Shown one piece after another: positions 51,064 to 64,000 of a DNA stretch of 64,000 nt. The position numbers and the translations under genes were made by a program. Below the pieces are notes generated by a model. It did no database searches, was not told where the DNA came from, and saw only the letters and a program-made list of their open reading frames with translations. Location: the NCBI GenBank assembly GCA_951406725.2, contig OX597825.1:89156001-89220000 (forward strand). Reading direction: 5' to 3'. The stretch comes from Octopus vulgaris. Its lineage: Eukaryota. How positions within the stretch are numbered: position 1 is the first letter of the stretch; every line of letters begins with the position of its first letter.

Positions 51064-52355
51064 AGCTACTAAATGGCTCAAATGTGGATGTAATATATCT
51101 CGACTTTGCAAAAGCCTCTGATAAAGTCGACCATGGTATGATCTGTCACAAACTGCGTGCTCTCGGCATAGGCGGGAAACTTGGAGAGTGGCTGCACAAC
51201 TTCCTAAAAGACAGAAAACAGGCAGTTGTGAACAATGGAGCCACCTCCAAGGAAACGCAAATAACAAGCGGTGACCCACAGCGCACTGTCTTGGGGCCAC
51301 TGATGTTCATAGTGGCCCTTCAGACATGCCTTCAGTTGCTACGATGACCACCCTTGCTAGCTATGCAGATGACACAAAAGTCTCCCACGCAATACAAAAC
51401 CCTGAAAATATTGCGCATCTGCAACATGAGGTGGACACAATATACAGGGGGGCTGAGGACAACAACATGCAGTTTAATGCAGGTACGTTCCAGGCCCTGC
51501 GCTACTGGCACACAAAGGTAAATGACGTGAAGACTGGATACACTGGCCCAGGAATAATTGCAATCCCTGAGTCAAAATCAGTGCGTGACCTGGGCATTGA
51601 CATGAGCAATGATGCATCTTTCCAAATGCATATTGCTAATCTGGTGATAAAATGCAGACGGCTAGCTGGATGGATTCTCCGAACTTTCAGAACAAGAGAG
51701 ATGGAGACACTGATGGTCCTATGGAAAACATTCGTCCCCAGCCGCTTGGACTACTGCTCCCAACTTTGGTCACCACACAATATAAAACTAACAGCAGAAC
51801 TCGAAGCAATTCAGAGAAGCTACACAAAGAAAATCGTCTCAATGCAAAATATCAGCTACTGGGAAAGACTGAAGGTATTAAACCTCTTCTCCCTAGAGCG
51901 GAAGCGGGAGAGATATGCAGTGATATACATCTGGAAAATCCTGGAGGGTCTTGTCCCAAACTCTGGCATTCAAAGTTACTCCAACCGCAGAACGGGGCGC
52001 CGCTGCGTGGTGCCAAGGATTCCAACATCACCATCAAAATACAGGTCCAGATACTGCAACAGCTTGGGTTTCAGAGGACCACAGCTCTTTAACATCCTCC
52101 CTAAATGCCTGAGAGACTTAACATGGTGTGGTTGTGGGTTTCTTTAAAACTAAACTGGATCTCTTCTTGTTGGGAGTCCCAGATGAACCTACCTCAGGAC
52201 AGGAGACGCGGATGCGGGCAGCAGCATCGAACTCCCTTGTTGATCAAGTGCCACGTATCAGAGGTGGATTCACAAACTAGTGTAGCTCATTCAGCGGTGG
52301 TGCCCCAGCATGACCGCGGCCTTCGGGCTAAAACATTTTTAAGGATTTAAGGATT
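51064..52355 (+). mobile_element. 5'-truncated CR1-clade LINE (family 2)
   Basis: [44 protein letters not shown]. The tail is GGTGGTGCCCCAGCATG...(TTTAAGGA)n, and both sides are (TA)n. Confidence 0.9.
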
Positions 52356-52393
52356 TATATATATATACATATGTATGTATATATATTTATATG

Positions 52394-52424
<31 letters not shown>

Positions 52425-52688
52425 CTATATGTATATATATATATACATATGTATGTATATATATTTATATGTATATATATATATATACATATGTATGTAT
52501 ATATATTTATATGTATATATATATACATATGTATGTATATATATTTATTTATATACATACATATGTATGTATGTATATATTTATATGTATATATATATAC
52601 ATATGTATATATATATATATACATATACATACATATGAATATATATATATATATATATATATACATACATATGAATATATATATATAT

Positions 52689-52719
<31 letters not shown>

Positions 52720-52729
52720 ACATACGTAC

Positions 52730-52766
<37 letters not shown>

Positions 52767-52791
52767 CATATGTATATATATATATACATAC

Positions 52792-52822
<31 letters not shown>

Positions 52823-52928
52823 CATATGTATGTATATATATATATATATATACATACATATGTATGTATATATATATATATATACATACATATGTGTATA
52901 TATATAAATACATATATGTATATATATA
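52356..52928. repeat. Compound (TA)n microsatellite
   Basis: Direct inspection. Confidence 0.95.
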
Positions 52929-52982
52929 CGTTTAAATATTTGTTGTGCAAGATTTTTTATGTGAAGTCGTGTGTTGAAACAG

Positions 52983-53306
52983 ATATTGTTATATTTTGGA
53001 ATGGTCATCCCCCCCACACACACACTAAATAAACATAGACGCACATAGAGATATAAGCATGTGCAAATGAAGACATACAATAGAAATACAAAATGGCTGA
53101 CGGTTAGTAAGGAGAGACACAAGTAAGTGAGAAGAAAACAAAGGACCACTGATGCGGTCACAGGAGTGTGACGAAAGAACTTTGGCCGAAATAAGATTAA
53201 GATTAATGTAAAAAATAAATATCACTGAAGCAAAATAACACCAAATATATAGTGCGTGTGTTTTTATTGGCTAAACTGGCAATATGACCATTCCAAAATA
53301 TAACAA

Positions 53307-53309
<3 letters not shown>
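52983..53309. repeat. 26-bp perfect inverted repeat enclosing a degenerate hammerhead-like motif, probably a Penelope-like relic
   Basis: 52983-53008 is the reverse complement of 53284-53309. CCA-CTGATGCG-GTCACA-ggag-TGTGAC-GAAAGAACTT-TGG lies at 53146-53185. Confidence 0.65.
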
Positions 53310-53385
<76 letters not shown>

Positions 53386-53399
53386 GTATATATATGTAT

Positions 53400-55967
53400 G
53401 TTGACTGGACTACAAACTGTTTCAAACCAAGCACTCCCGCCTCAACCGCTGACAAAGAAGCAGCAGAGTCACTTTTCGACTTTACGAATGAGTTTTTCTT
53501 GTCCCAACTTGTCCTTGCACCAACAAGACATCAGAAGAACATTTTGGACCTAGTGTTTAGTAACCACACTAACACTATACATAACGTTACAGTGGAAAAA
53601 CCCTTCTTTCAGACCATGACATGGTTCTCTGTAACATGAAATTCCACCAGCCGAAAGCTAATCCTAGTGACCTCCCTCCAGCCCACCCATTTGACAACAT
53701 GGATCTCCATAATGCCAACTGGGATGCAATCAGGAACGAGCTATCACATGTTGACTGGTCCTTTACACATACACACATCTCCACCAACCATAAAACATCT
53801 TGGCAGATCTTTGTAGACACCGTCACAGACATATGTGCAAAACACTCCCCACCAAGACCTGTGAACAAAAAGTGCAGAATCCCCCAAAACAGAAAAACCA
53901 TTATCAGAAAAATAAAAAGAACAAACAAAAATATTAACAAACTAAAGTACTGCCGACAGCAACACACACATTCGACGGCTATCGCACTGCTTGAATCCAA
54001 AAAACATAACCTCCAACAATGCATGAAGACCTTCATCAATAACCAAAGATCAGCTGAGGAGAAGTGGGCCATTGAAAAAATCAAACTCAACTCCAAAGTG
54101 TTCTTTTCATTTGCGAGGTAACGCAGGGTCACTGTTTCCATTGTTCGCCCTCTAATTGATGAAACTGGCACTCTCCAAGATAATGCCAAATCCTTGTCCG
54201 AGATACTGCAGAAACAATACTGCTCTGTTTTCCGCAATCCTGATATGGCCGATCTGGGCTGTATCAGTGATGTCAACCCCCAACACACTATATCGGGCAT
54301 AACGTTTAGTGCCCCTGATGTCTCAGCGGCGATAAACGAAATAAAACACAATTCAGCAGTAGGCCCCGATAGGTTCCCTGCTTGTGTCCTGAAGATGTGT
54401 AGACACCAACTTGCATCTCCCCTTGCTAATCTGTGGAGAAACTCACTGGATGCTGGCTATATTCCAAAAAACCTTCTGTCCCAGTCTGTAGTCCCAGTTT
54501 TCAAAAAGTGAAACAAGTCCCTTGCAGTGAACTACCGTCCGATCTCACTCACCTCTCATATCATCAAGGTATTTGAGAGGGTGGTGAGATCTCGAATAAC
54601 CCAATTTCTGGAAAGCAACAGGCGGCTGATCTCTAACCAACATGGGTTCCGTAATGGAAGGGACTGCCTAACGCAGCTCCTGCATCACTTTGATGACATT
54701 TTGAGAGCTTTGGGAGAGGGCTCCAACACCGATGTCATCTACCTTGATTTCAGTAAGGCCTTCGATAGGGTCGATCACAAGATCCTATTGAAAAAACTAT
54801 CCAACATTGGTGTCTCTGGAAATTTACTGAAATGGATCAAGTGTTTCCTGACAGACAGATCTCAACGTGTTGTAGTTGAAGGGGTAAAATCAAGCCCAGC
54901 TAAAGTCAGTAGTGGCGTTCCGCAAGGCACTGTGCTGGGCCCACTTCTTTTCATCATCTACATTAATGATATTAATGACATCATCAAGCACAGCAACATA
55001 AAAATATTTGCAGATGATTCCAAGCTACAGAAGGTCATAAATGAGGCGAGTGACCGGACATGCCTTCAGTCAGATCTACTGGCTGTTATCCAATGGGCAG
55101 AAAAAAACAATATGCTGCTGAACGAGGATAAATTTGAGTTAATCCACTTTGGAAAAGAGGATGCTCTGAAACTCCCATACTCCCTTCCTTCAGGTGAAAC
55201 TCTCGCGGCGTCCAACAATATCAGAGACTTGGGAGTAATTGTGGACAACAACATAAGCTGAGCCACTCATATAAACACCAAAATTGACATGGCCCGCAGA
55301 ATGTGTTCCTGGATTCTCAGAACTTTCCAGTCGAGAGATATCCACACCATTATCCTTCTCTTCTCCACTTTTGCCCGACCCCACCATGAATACTGCTGTC
55401 CACTGTGGTCTCCCCACACAATACAAAGTATCATAAAAGTTGAAGCACCTCAAAGGACAATCACAAAAAAGATAGATGGTATGACAGGCCTCGACTATTG
55501 GGGTCGACTAGAAAAGCTAAAACTTTATTCTCCCCAACGTCGTCGTGAGCGCTACATCATCTGCATGATGTGGATAATATTCCATCAGCACTGCCCAAAT
55601 GATGTTGGCATCACCTTTAAGGTACATCCAAGGCTTGGGCCCGTGCCATCCGCCCAAAACAAAAATCGCACCCACATCTCATAACAACAATACGGCACAA
55701 ATATTTCACCTCAATTGGCCCCGCTCTCTTTAACATTACGCCAAAACACATTAAAACAGAAACTGACCCTATAGGGTTCAAGAAGTCTTTGGACAGATTC
55801 CTTCAAGAAATCCCGGATAAACCCCCTAAACCCGGATATGTCTCTGTAAACAATAACTCTCAACTTGAGTGGGCCATAGTGCCCAAATTCTGACTTGAAA
55901 GACTTCACCAGGTGGTGCTATTAAGTTAGACATGGTCTGGGCCAATAATGGCCGAAACCTATCAAAG
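53400..55967 (+). mobile_element. Longer 5'-truncated CR1 family-1 LINE, from the end of the APE domain through RT
   Basis: PTRHQKNILDLVF and SDH-like APE end; RT motifs as in the 31551 copy; the same tail. Both sides are TA microsatellite. Confidence 0.92.
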
Positions 55968-55992
55968 TATATATATATATATATATAAATAC

Positions 55993-56046
<54 letters not shown>

Positions 56047-56433
56047 GTATGTATATATATATATATATACATACATATGTATGTATGTACATGTATATAT
56101 ATATACATGTATGTATATATATATACATGTATGTATATATATATACATGTATGTATATATATATATACATGTATGTATATATATATACATGTATGTATAT
56201 ATATACATGTATGTATATATATACATGTATGTATATATATATATATATGTACATGTATATATATATATGTATGTACATGTATATATATATATATATATAT
56301 ATGTATGTACATGTATATATATATACATGTATGTATATATATATATGTATGTATATATATTTATACATGTATATATACATGTATGAAAATATATACGTGT
56401 ATGTATATATATACATGTATGTATATATATATG

Positions 56434-56466
<33 letters not shown>

Positions 56467-56470
56467 TTGT
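55968..56470. repeat. Compound microsatellite with higher-order (TA)nCATG(TATG) units
   Basis: Direct inspection. Confidence 0.95.
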
Positions 56471-58449
56471 GTTAGAGAGAGCGACAAACAAACAGACAAA
56501 TAGTTAATTTCCTAAATAGTTGATTAGTGCCAATGTAGATTTATTTGAAGGGTAATGAAGCAATCTTGGATCACTTTTCAACTTCATTCTCAAGAAATCC
56601 TTTCCCTTAATGTTTTCATAATTATTTTTTATGTTGTTTAAGATGTATTCACATGACAATTCATTTTACAACGTTTTTCATATTTCCCACTTGATATTCT
56701 ATCTGAGTCAATCTTTAAATTGAATAAATTCCAGCGCCACAACTTATTTCACCTGCCCAAAATATTTTGTATTGCACTTCGCATTGATTAAAATATTCTT
56801 TCACTCTGACATTCTTAATTCTGGCAGAAAATCTGAAAGAAATTAAGACTTATCTCGGTTTTCTTCCGTTGACACTATTTACAATGGGTTTTAGACACAA
56901 TAGTTTACGTATTTATAAAAACGTTTGAATTTGATAAGCGTTCGTTGCTCGTGAGGAATATCATCAATAAGTTAGTGATGAATGTGTTTGCTTCTTTTTC
57001 TCTCTTTCTGGACGAGTTTAGGATTGGTTTATTAATAACACTTGAAAAAGCTTTTAAATTAACTCAGAAATCCCGTTTCCACCTACGATGTCTCATATTC
57101 TGAATATTAATATAATATTTTATTACTATGGTTAATAGAATAACTAATTATGATTCTTTCAGCATCCATTTGATTATATTATCCTCTGTTATGTAGTCAA
57201 AGAATTCAAATTTATTTGGATACATTTAGATAAAATAGATATCATATTAAAATTTAAAAGTCATAAAATATAATACAACACTTAATGAAAATATTTTCAC
57301 AGAAATTTCATGAAAAATTTTTCGAAGAAAAAATTTCAGTGAAAAGAGGGCAAGTATAAAATATTAAATAGAGAAATAAATAACTTATCAAATTTGCAAA
57401 ACTATCGAAACGGCTAAATTAAGTTCTGGAACAAGCCACGAATTCTAATACGGAGTCGAAATTTATTTTGAAACCAGATAGGAACGTACAAGCATTGCAT
57501 TTTGTGATCCTCCTGAAAAACCGGTGGTAGACAAGAATTGTTGAGAATAAAGATGCTGCAGCTACATATTAAAATATTCTACTCACATGCGCATATATCT
57601 GTCGGTGAAAGAGTTCCTAGATAATCAAGCCATGCTGTGTTAGTAAAGATAAGCTCTTGCCACAAAGACGTGATTCTCATGGCAAATGTTTTAAAAGGCC
57701 TGAGTCGAGCAAGCCGAAATACCGGTCTTCTCGTGAGACTTAACCTGTTAGTCTAGCGGTAATGCTTGTACTGACACAAAGAGGGGTATATGTGGATGCA
57801 AACACCTTCATATCAGATTTTGAAATAAATGGAACTTGAGACTTTGAAAAGGTTCTCCATCTAAAACAGGCAAACTTTCAGTCCTATGCAACTTTATGAT
57901 AATACCCATCATCGAGGAAATGTTTGAACTTAACTCTTAAAAGCAAAACCCAAAGACAATCCGTGAGTGTTATCCATTTTGGTTGGGCAACTTCTATAAA
58001 ACAGATGCCAAGCTCTTTTGATAGTTGTCTTTTCCTTGAACAACTTTAATTGCTTAGAGGGGAGATCAATAATGTATATGGAACATCTGGCCTCTCATAC
58101 AAAACCTAACCAAGACTGCGCCTTACAGAGGACATTGCAGCATCGCCTTTCAACGATGGCAGAATATGGAAAGTAACTGTCACCCGCTTGTAAATCTGAT
58201 ACCAGCGGTATCTTTCGATGGAGGATGAGGCTATGGTGCCTCAGTAGGAACTTATAGCTCAGGCCAATTTGGATAGACTCCAACCAATTTGGGTAGACTC
58301 CTTCCACAGACCACCTGCCTTAATGGATGTTAGGTGTTTAGGGATGTCGTGCACGGAGCCTGAATTGCGGATAGTAAATACTGCAGGGGCACGGCAAAAT
58401 GACAGAATCAACATTTAGGTTCAGTACTGAATCATTTAGACAATGATGT

Positions 58450-60230
58450 CTCGACGGTTAAATAACCTCCTAATAGTCATTGGAAGAAGAAAAATGCAAT
58501 GATAATCAAAAAACTTCAAAAATTCAAGTGGACATCGCTGCACGACATGAAAATGATCAAATCTACGTGAGATAGACTACCCATTTTTGTTATAGCAAGG
58601 ATAGGGCCTTGACGGGACTAGAACGCATAGTGTGGCCTTACTGTGAGAAATTCACTGTTGTAAATGGAGCCCTTTGATGCGGGGGAGAGCGAGTGAAACC
58701 AAATCACGAACTGCTACTACTCCTTCACAATTTCAACACCAGAGTCGATGCCGAACACCATTTCTAAGGTGCCTGTGTCGGCAAAAGAGTGGTGACAAAA
58801 AGGACAACGGGCAAGGAACACTTTAATTTTGCAGTCTGTATTGACTGGTATTGGCAACACACACTTCCAAAATAACAGCCAGAAGAATATGTCTAGGAAA
58901 AATCCCCACTCAAAACACTGACAGTAACTAAACCCGATTGTCATAAGGCGTTGCAACTTGAGGAAAAGCGATTATGACTCAAACATTTTACGCTGTCGAC
59001 AACACTACGGACCATTCTTTGGTCTCAGATTCACAATATGAAGATTCTTTGTAAGCAGCGCTTTGATATGAAATCTTGAAAGTGCATCATCCGAGTGTCT
59101 GTGTAGACTCATACCAGGACATCCAGAAATTAGAATAATAAGAATGGCAGAAAACAAAAAGTCAATCGTTTTAAAGGGTTTTAGTTGACATCAGGAAGGC
59201 CTTTGATTTTGGGTGTAGAGATGGACTATTCAAATCCGTGCCAAGACTTGATGCTTTCCGAAATTACTCATCAAATGGCAGAGACATTAAATGCATCATT
59301 CATGTGGTTGGCTCTTCTTCGGAATGTTTTAGTATTTGTCGAATGAAAAAATACTGTGCGCCTGCAACTTCTCTGTCTATCATCTTCATGGTTATGATGA
59401 AACATGCCTTCGAAATATCAAATTAGGCTGTTTATATTCATAGACAATCAAATAGAAAATTGCTCAGTCTGTTATGACTGTGATGCGAAGCACTTATTAG
59501 GGATATGTTATGCTATTTAGATTATATAGTACTAAAAAGAGACTCGGAGGTGTAACTGCAACTTCTAATGGGCAGGCTTACAAAAGCCAATCAAGGCTTC
59601 AGCTTGACCATCAGTTTCAGGAGAAAGTGATGGATCAAGGTGCTGAAAATTCCCTTGCCATTTTCATCAGCTTGAGATAATCTACATCACTTACCTCCGC
59701 TCCTTTATCACTGAGGCCGTCTCTCGAAAGCCTGATGTTGTCGAAGAGAAACCTCATTTCCAAATATTCTGATCAAGAGTCAAGGAGAAACTTAAGTTGA
59801 CGATACACATCTGTAGTCCACAGATCTTGAGTCCGTAGCACATTGCTTTATACTAAACCAGTGAAATGCAAAACATCTACTACAGACAAAATGAGACTAA
59901 ACGAATCACCAGCAAAGAGATCCTAGCTCGCGTGTACATTTTTAGCTCTATCATTCTACTGGAAAAAGAATGAGCACGTTTCCCTGACTGGACAACGTAT
60001 GGGGAACTTGCCTCCTGCAAGAAAACATTTATCTTTGTTTCAAAGATGCCTACAAGGGAAATATGAAGTCTGTCATTTGAAAGGGGAAAAACAGCTCACC
60101 ACTGTCCTGCGCTGGAGCTTAATAAGGGTTATTAAAAAGATGGACGAGAAGAGAGTGTATGCTGATTTAAAAAATTCAAATTGATAAGAAATCTGCAACA
60201 TGGTAAGGTGATAAGTTATTGGGTCTAAGT
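58450..60230 (+). mobile_element. Highly decayed RTE-like LINE
   Basis: Remnants such as QVDIAARHE (APE-like, ~58525) and LVDIRKAFD (~59180-59207), without a long ORF. Confidence 0.45.
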
Positions 60231-62995
60231 GACACCACTGAAACCGGAAATGTCACGTGTAGTGGATTAGTGGGGTTTAGCTCATGATAATAATGTCCTG
60301 GTTTCAGTTGCTGGTCTGTGCCGCGTGTTGTGTCCTTTCACAATACACTTCTTTGCACGTTTCTCTGGTCTCCTGAGTACATAACGAGAGTTGCTGCATC
60401 TCCTATATACATAAGGACCTGAAACATTTAGCAAAAGCATGGTACATGTTACCAAGCCATACTCATTTGTGAGTGAAAGCCATTTCTTGTATATATGCAT
60501 ACATTATAGCTATTTTATCGTTACCTAATACGTTTCACGATAAAAAACAAAATCTAAAAACAACGTGTGTTTCATGGCTGCCAGCGTATTTACTGAATCA
60601 AAACGAGTTTAAAATAAAATGAATTATGAATGGGTTTCATGAACCTAAATTCACTGAGTCAAAGATATAAAATATATACTTTCATATCTGTCTCCACCCA
60701 CAGAAATACCTATATTCGATATAGACAAAGTCATACCCCCACCTTTTTAAACATACAAACTATAGGCACACATCCATATATTATTTGTGATTATAATATT
60801 TATGATTGTTTTCTAATCCCTTAATAGTAATAGTAAACACGTTCAGATCTTCTAATCTGTCAAAATATTAACTGTCAATATGGCAAAGTCGTTCGAATGA
60901 TCTTTGAACGCTGTTCCGTACTTAGAACTTATTTGTAACAGTTATCATAGCCTACACACTATGCAATCTTTTGGATAATTAATATGCAAATGTCATTAAA
61001 GCTTTGCACGAGGTCTAGACTATTAGAGATGACTATCAGTTCTAAGAAATAATTTTCTACGGAGGTAATAGAAACAATATAATAATCAGTGTAGTAGAAA
61101 CATAGTCTATGAGATCGAAATGCTCATTTAATATCAAGTGCGTTTGGTAATATGAAATTTCTTAACACAAAATTATTTTCCGCTTAGCTATCACCAAACT
61201 TTCTGCACTGCCGAGGCAATTTGATCATTTTCTTCTTCACTGATGAATAACAGATGTGGAGGTGAATTCTAGATTTACATTCGTTCACTGTCTTCCATTG
61301 AAACAAGTTTTTATAGCCATGACCCACTCTGTTTATAGTTCCCCTCACACTACCCTGATTTGACTGTTATTTGATGGGTCTTATCCAATTTACTTCTCAC
61401 TATTCGCTCAATTACAACAATACTTATTATATGAAATTCCTCTAGGCCTGGGTTTTGCCCCATCATCTAAATTTTGTTTATCTCCTGTTACTCCAGTCTT
61501 CCGATTCTCAATATTTCTTATATTTACTCTTTCTCTACACAGAAAGAATGATAGTTTCCATATAATTCCAAATATTCCATCAGAGGATATTTAGATAATT
61601 GTCGTGTATACTAATTATTATGTTATATTTATTAGTTTAGAACGAATATTCAAGGTAAATAATTGAAAAATCGCATGAAATATTTTATTCTTGTATTTCT
61701 ACTACATGTTTATTTCTGATGCAGTGTTCGTTTGAATTCTAGGCGTAACTTACCACGCGTACAGTCGCAAAAGATAAAAGTTAGGAATTTTATAGTTTAC
61801 TGTTGACAAGAGGAATGGATAGAGAAACACAGTTTATTAATGGCGAAAGTAATTATATAAACTACCGTGTGAAAAAGGAGAATATAGACAAGTAAGAATC
61901 AAAGCTTCTCGTTGCTGCTGCAGAGGTTATGTGCTCAATGAATTCAAGAGGAAATTTGCTATTCCTCATCTGAGAATAACTTGTTACTCGTTCCATTGAG
62001 ACAACGAAGTGTGTTTAATTTTACGTAAAACAACATGCACGTGAAAGAGAAACAAGATAATGGGGGTCACCGTATGAAAAGAGTATGAAAAGTAAATAAT
62101 ATTTTTATAAGCTACCTGTTCCAAACACGAAGGAGATATCCTTGCACTTGCTCTCTGGAAATTTCTAATTTAAAGCTTGTGCGCAGATGTATATGTGTGT
62201 GAGTTAAGTGTGGCATTCAAAAGTTACGAAGTCGTTAAGTGAACGCAAAAGGAATGATTTGTAGGTACAACTCAGAAACCATTCTGTATTCGGTTGTTGT
62301 GAATGGAGAAAATAAATTGTTGGGTTTAACACGTCATTTTATATTTTCATTACAAGCAAACACATTTATAACGGTGAATATATGTTATCCACTGTATAAA
62401 TTCATTTGCATAATGTGAGGTATTTCACCATCAAATGCTGATTTAAAACTTGAAGATAAAATAGTTCACCAATTAAAACAACAGCCACACATTCGTGTAG
62501 CCGATACTTCATCAATTTTAATATTACTATGTGAGTGATATTTACATACATAACGAATACACTTTACACACATACACACACATATATAAACTATTGCAGT
62601 ATGGAAGATGTTTATAAACCATTTAAGAACACACAAAAGCGGTTGGTTTCACTTCAACATTTAAATTTAATTTATGGTAAAATGTTTTCGTCGCTTTGAA
62701 ACCGCGGCCTGATAACTGAAAAAAACTCCGTGCTACTTCTGAGAAAGTAACATTTCTTGATATGTATGTATGTATTTATGTATGTATGTACGCACGCACG
62801 CACTATTGTACATGCGTATGCATGCATATATATATAAGTATGCATGTATATGTGTACGCATGTATGCATTTACTTATGTAGGTGTGTAGACGTGTCTGCA
62901 TGCGTGTATATATATGTATGTATATGTAAACGTATGCTTCTGTACTGATATATGTCTGTTCAAGTTGTATATATAATAGTTACTCTATCGAAGGT

Positions 62996-63081
<86 letters not shown>

Positions 63082-63893
63082 CCTTTTACCACCGTCTAAC
63101 GGTGAATAGACACAACGTCTTAGATACATACATGCAAATATAAACCTACCTATACATAGATACAAGCATACACAATCATATACACACATATATGTATATG
63201 TATATGTATACATATAATCTTACAGCATACACATATATACATTTATCCATCTACACAAATGTCTCTATTTTCACAGACAATGGTTAAACTCAAATATTTT
63301 GTGCTTTATATACACATATACATATATGCATCTATGTGTGTGCGTGTGAGCGCGTACTACCCGCAGACACATTTACAATATTTTTTGAGTTGTCTGGCTG
63401 CAAAAGCGTTTCGATTTGAAGATCAAAGTTGCTTACACATGAACAGGAAATACTTGGTATAATTAATCGTATTATTAGCAATTAGCAGCATAGATTCTGT
63501 TAAAAAATAAGTTATTGACATATCTCCACTTCGTTCAAAACGTTTCGGTATTTATTGTATCAAATAGAAAAATCAATGTTTTCCATGCAAATATATTTAT
63601 CCCGATATTGAATGGAAACTCGGTGATAGGAACGATGTATTTATTAAGTGCGCATGTCGCATGTCAATAGATCTCTTTCCTTGAACTCTGTGTTTTCTGT
63701 GGAGAATCTCATTAATCTTTAACGCTTATTTGCTGCTTTTACTTTGATTAATCACTCTATTCACGTTAAAATCTGTCGCTCACCTTAATTATCCCTTTTG
63801 GAACTAATAATAGAGAGACGCTTGTAGATTCAGCCTGTCATTTATGGCTGTCATTCATTAAGTATAATTGTTTCTCCACTTGGTTGCGCACGC

Positions 63894-63967
<74 letters not shown>

Positions 63968-64000
63968 TATAGATAGATAGATAGATAGATATATAATCAA

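Noticed and set aside
55968-56470. Regularly spaced CATG units resembling a CRISPR-like array
   Set aside because: The spacers are only (TA)n length variants, so this is a higher-order microsatellite in eukaryotic DNA.

Overview
AT-rich, microsatellite-laden animal DNA. The SINE, LINE and (TA)n content resembles an octopod cephalopod genome (inference). The only host gene I can support is two minus-strand exons (15207-15321, 9076-9213) of a cationic amino-acid transporter (SLC7A/CAT family). The rest is intronic or intergenic and packed with TE relics: Helitron-like elements, L1/Tx1, CR1, RTE and R4-like LINEs, mariner/Tc1, a hAT MITE, SINEs and Penelope-type palindromes. The most notable structure is at 541-8231. 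There a non-autonomous Helitron-like element carries a head-to-tail pair of retroelements, bounded by three copies of (CAA)TTCCAGTCTGTT. One is a full-length Tx1-like LINE. The other is a divergent ORF1-only element with a homologous 3' tail, which suggests a target-specific LINE with a HAL1-like parasite. A loopless palindrome at about 27.9-28.0 kb contains a well-formed hammerhead ribozyme motif.
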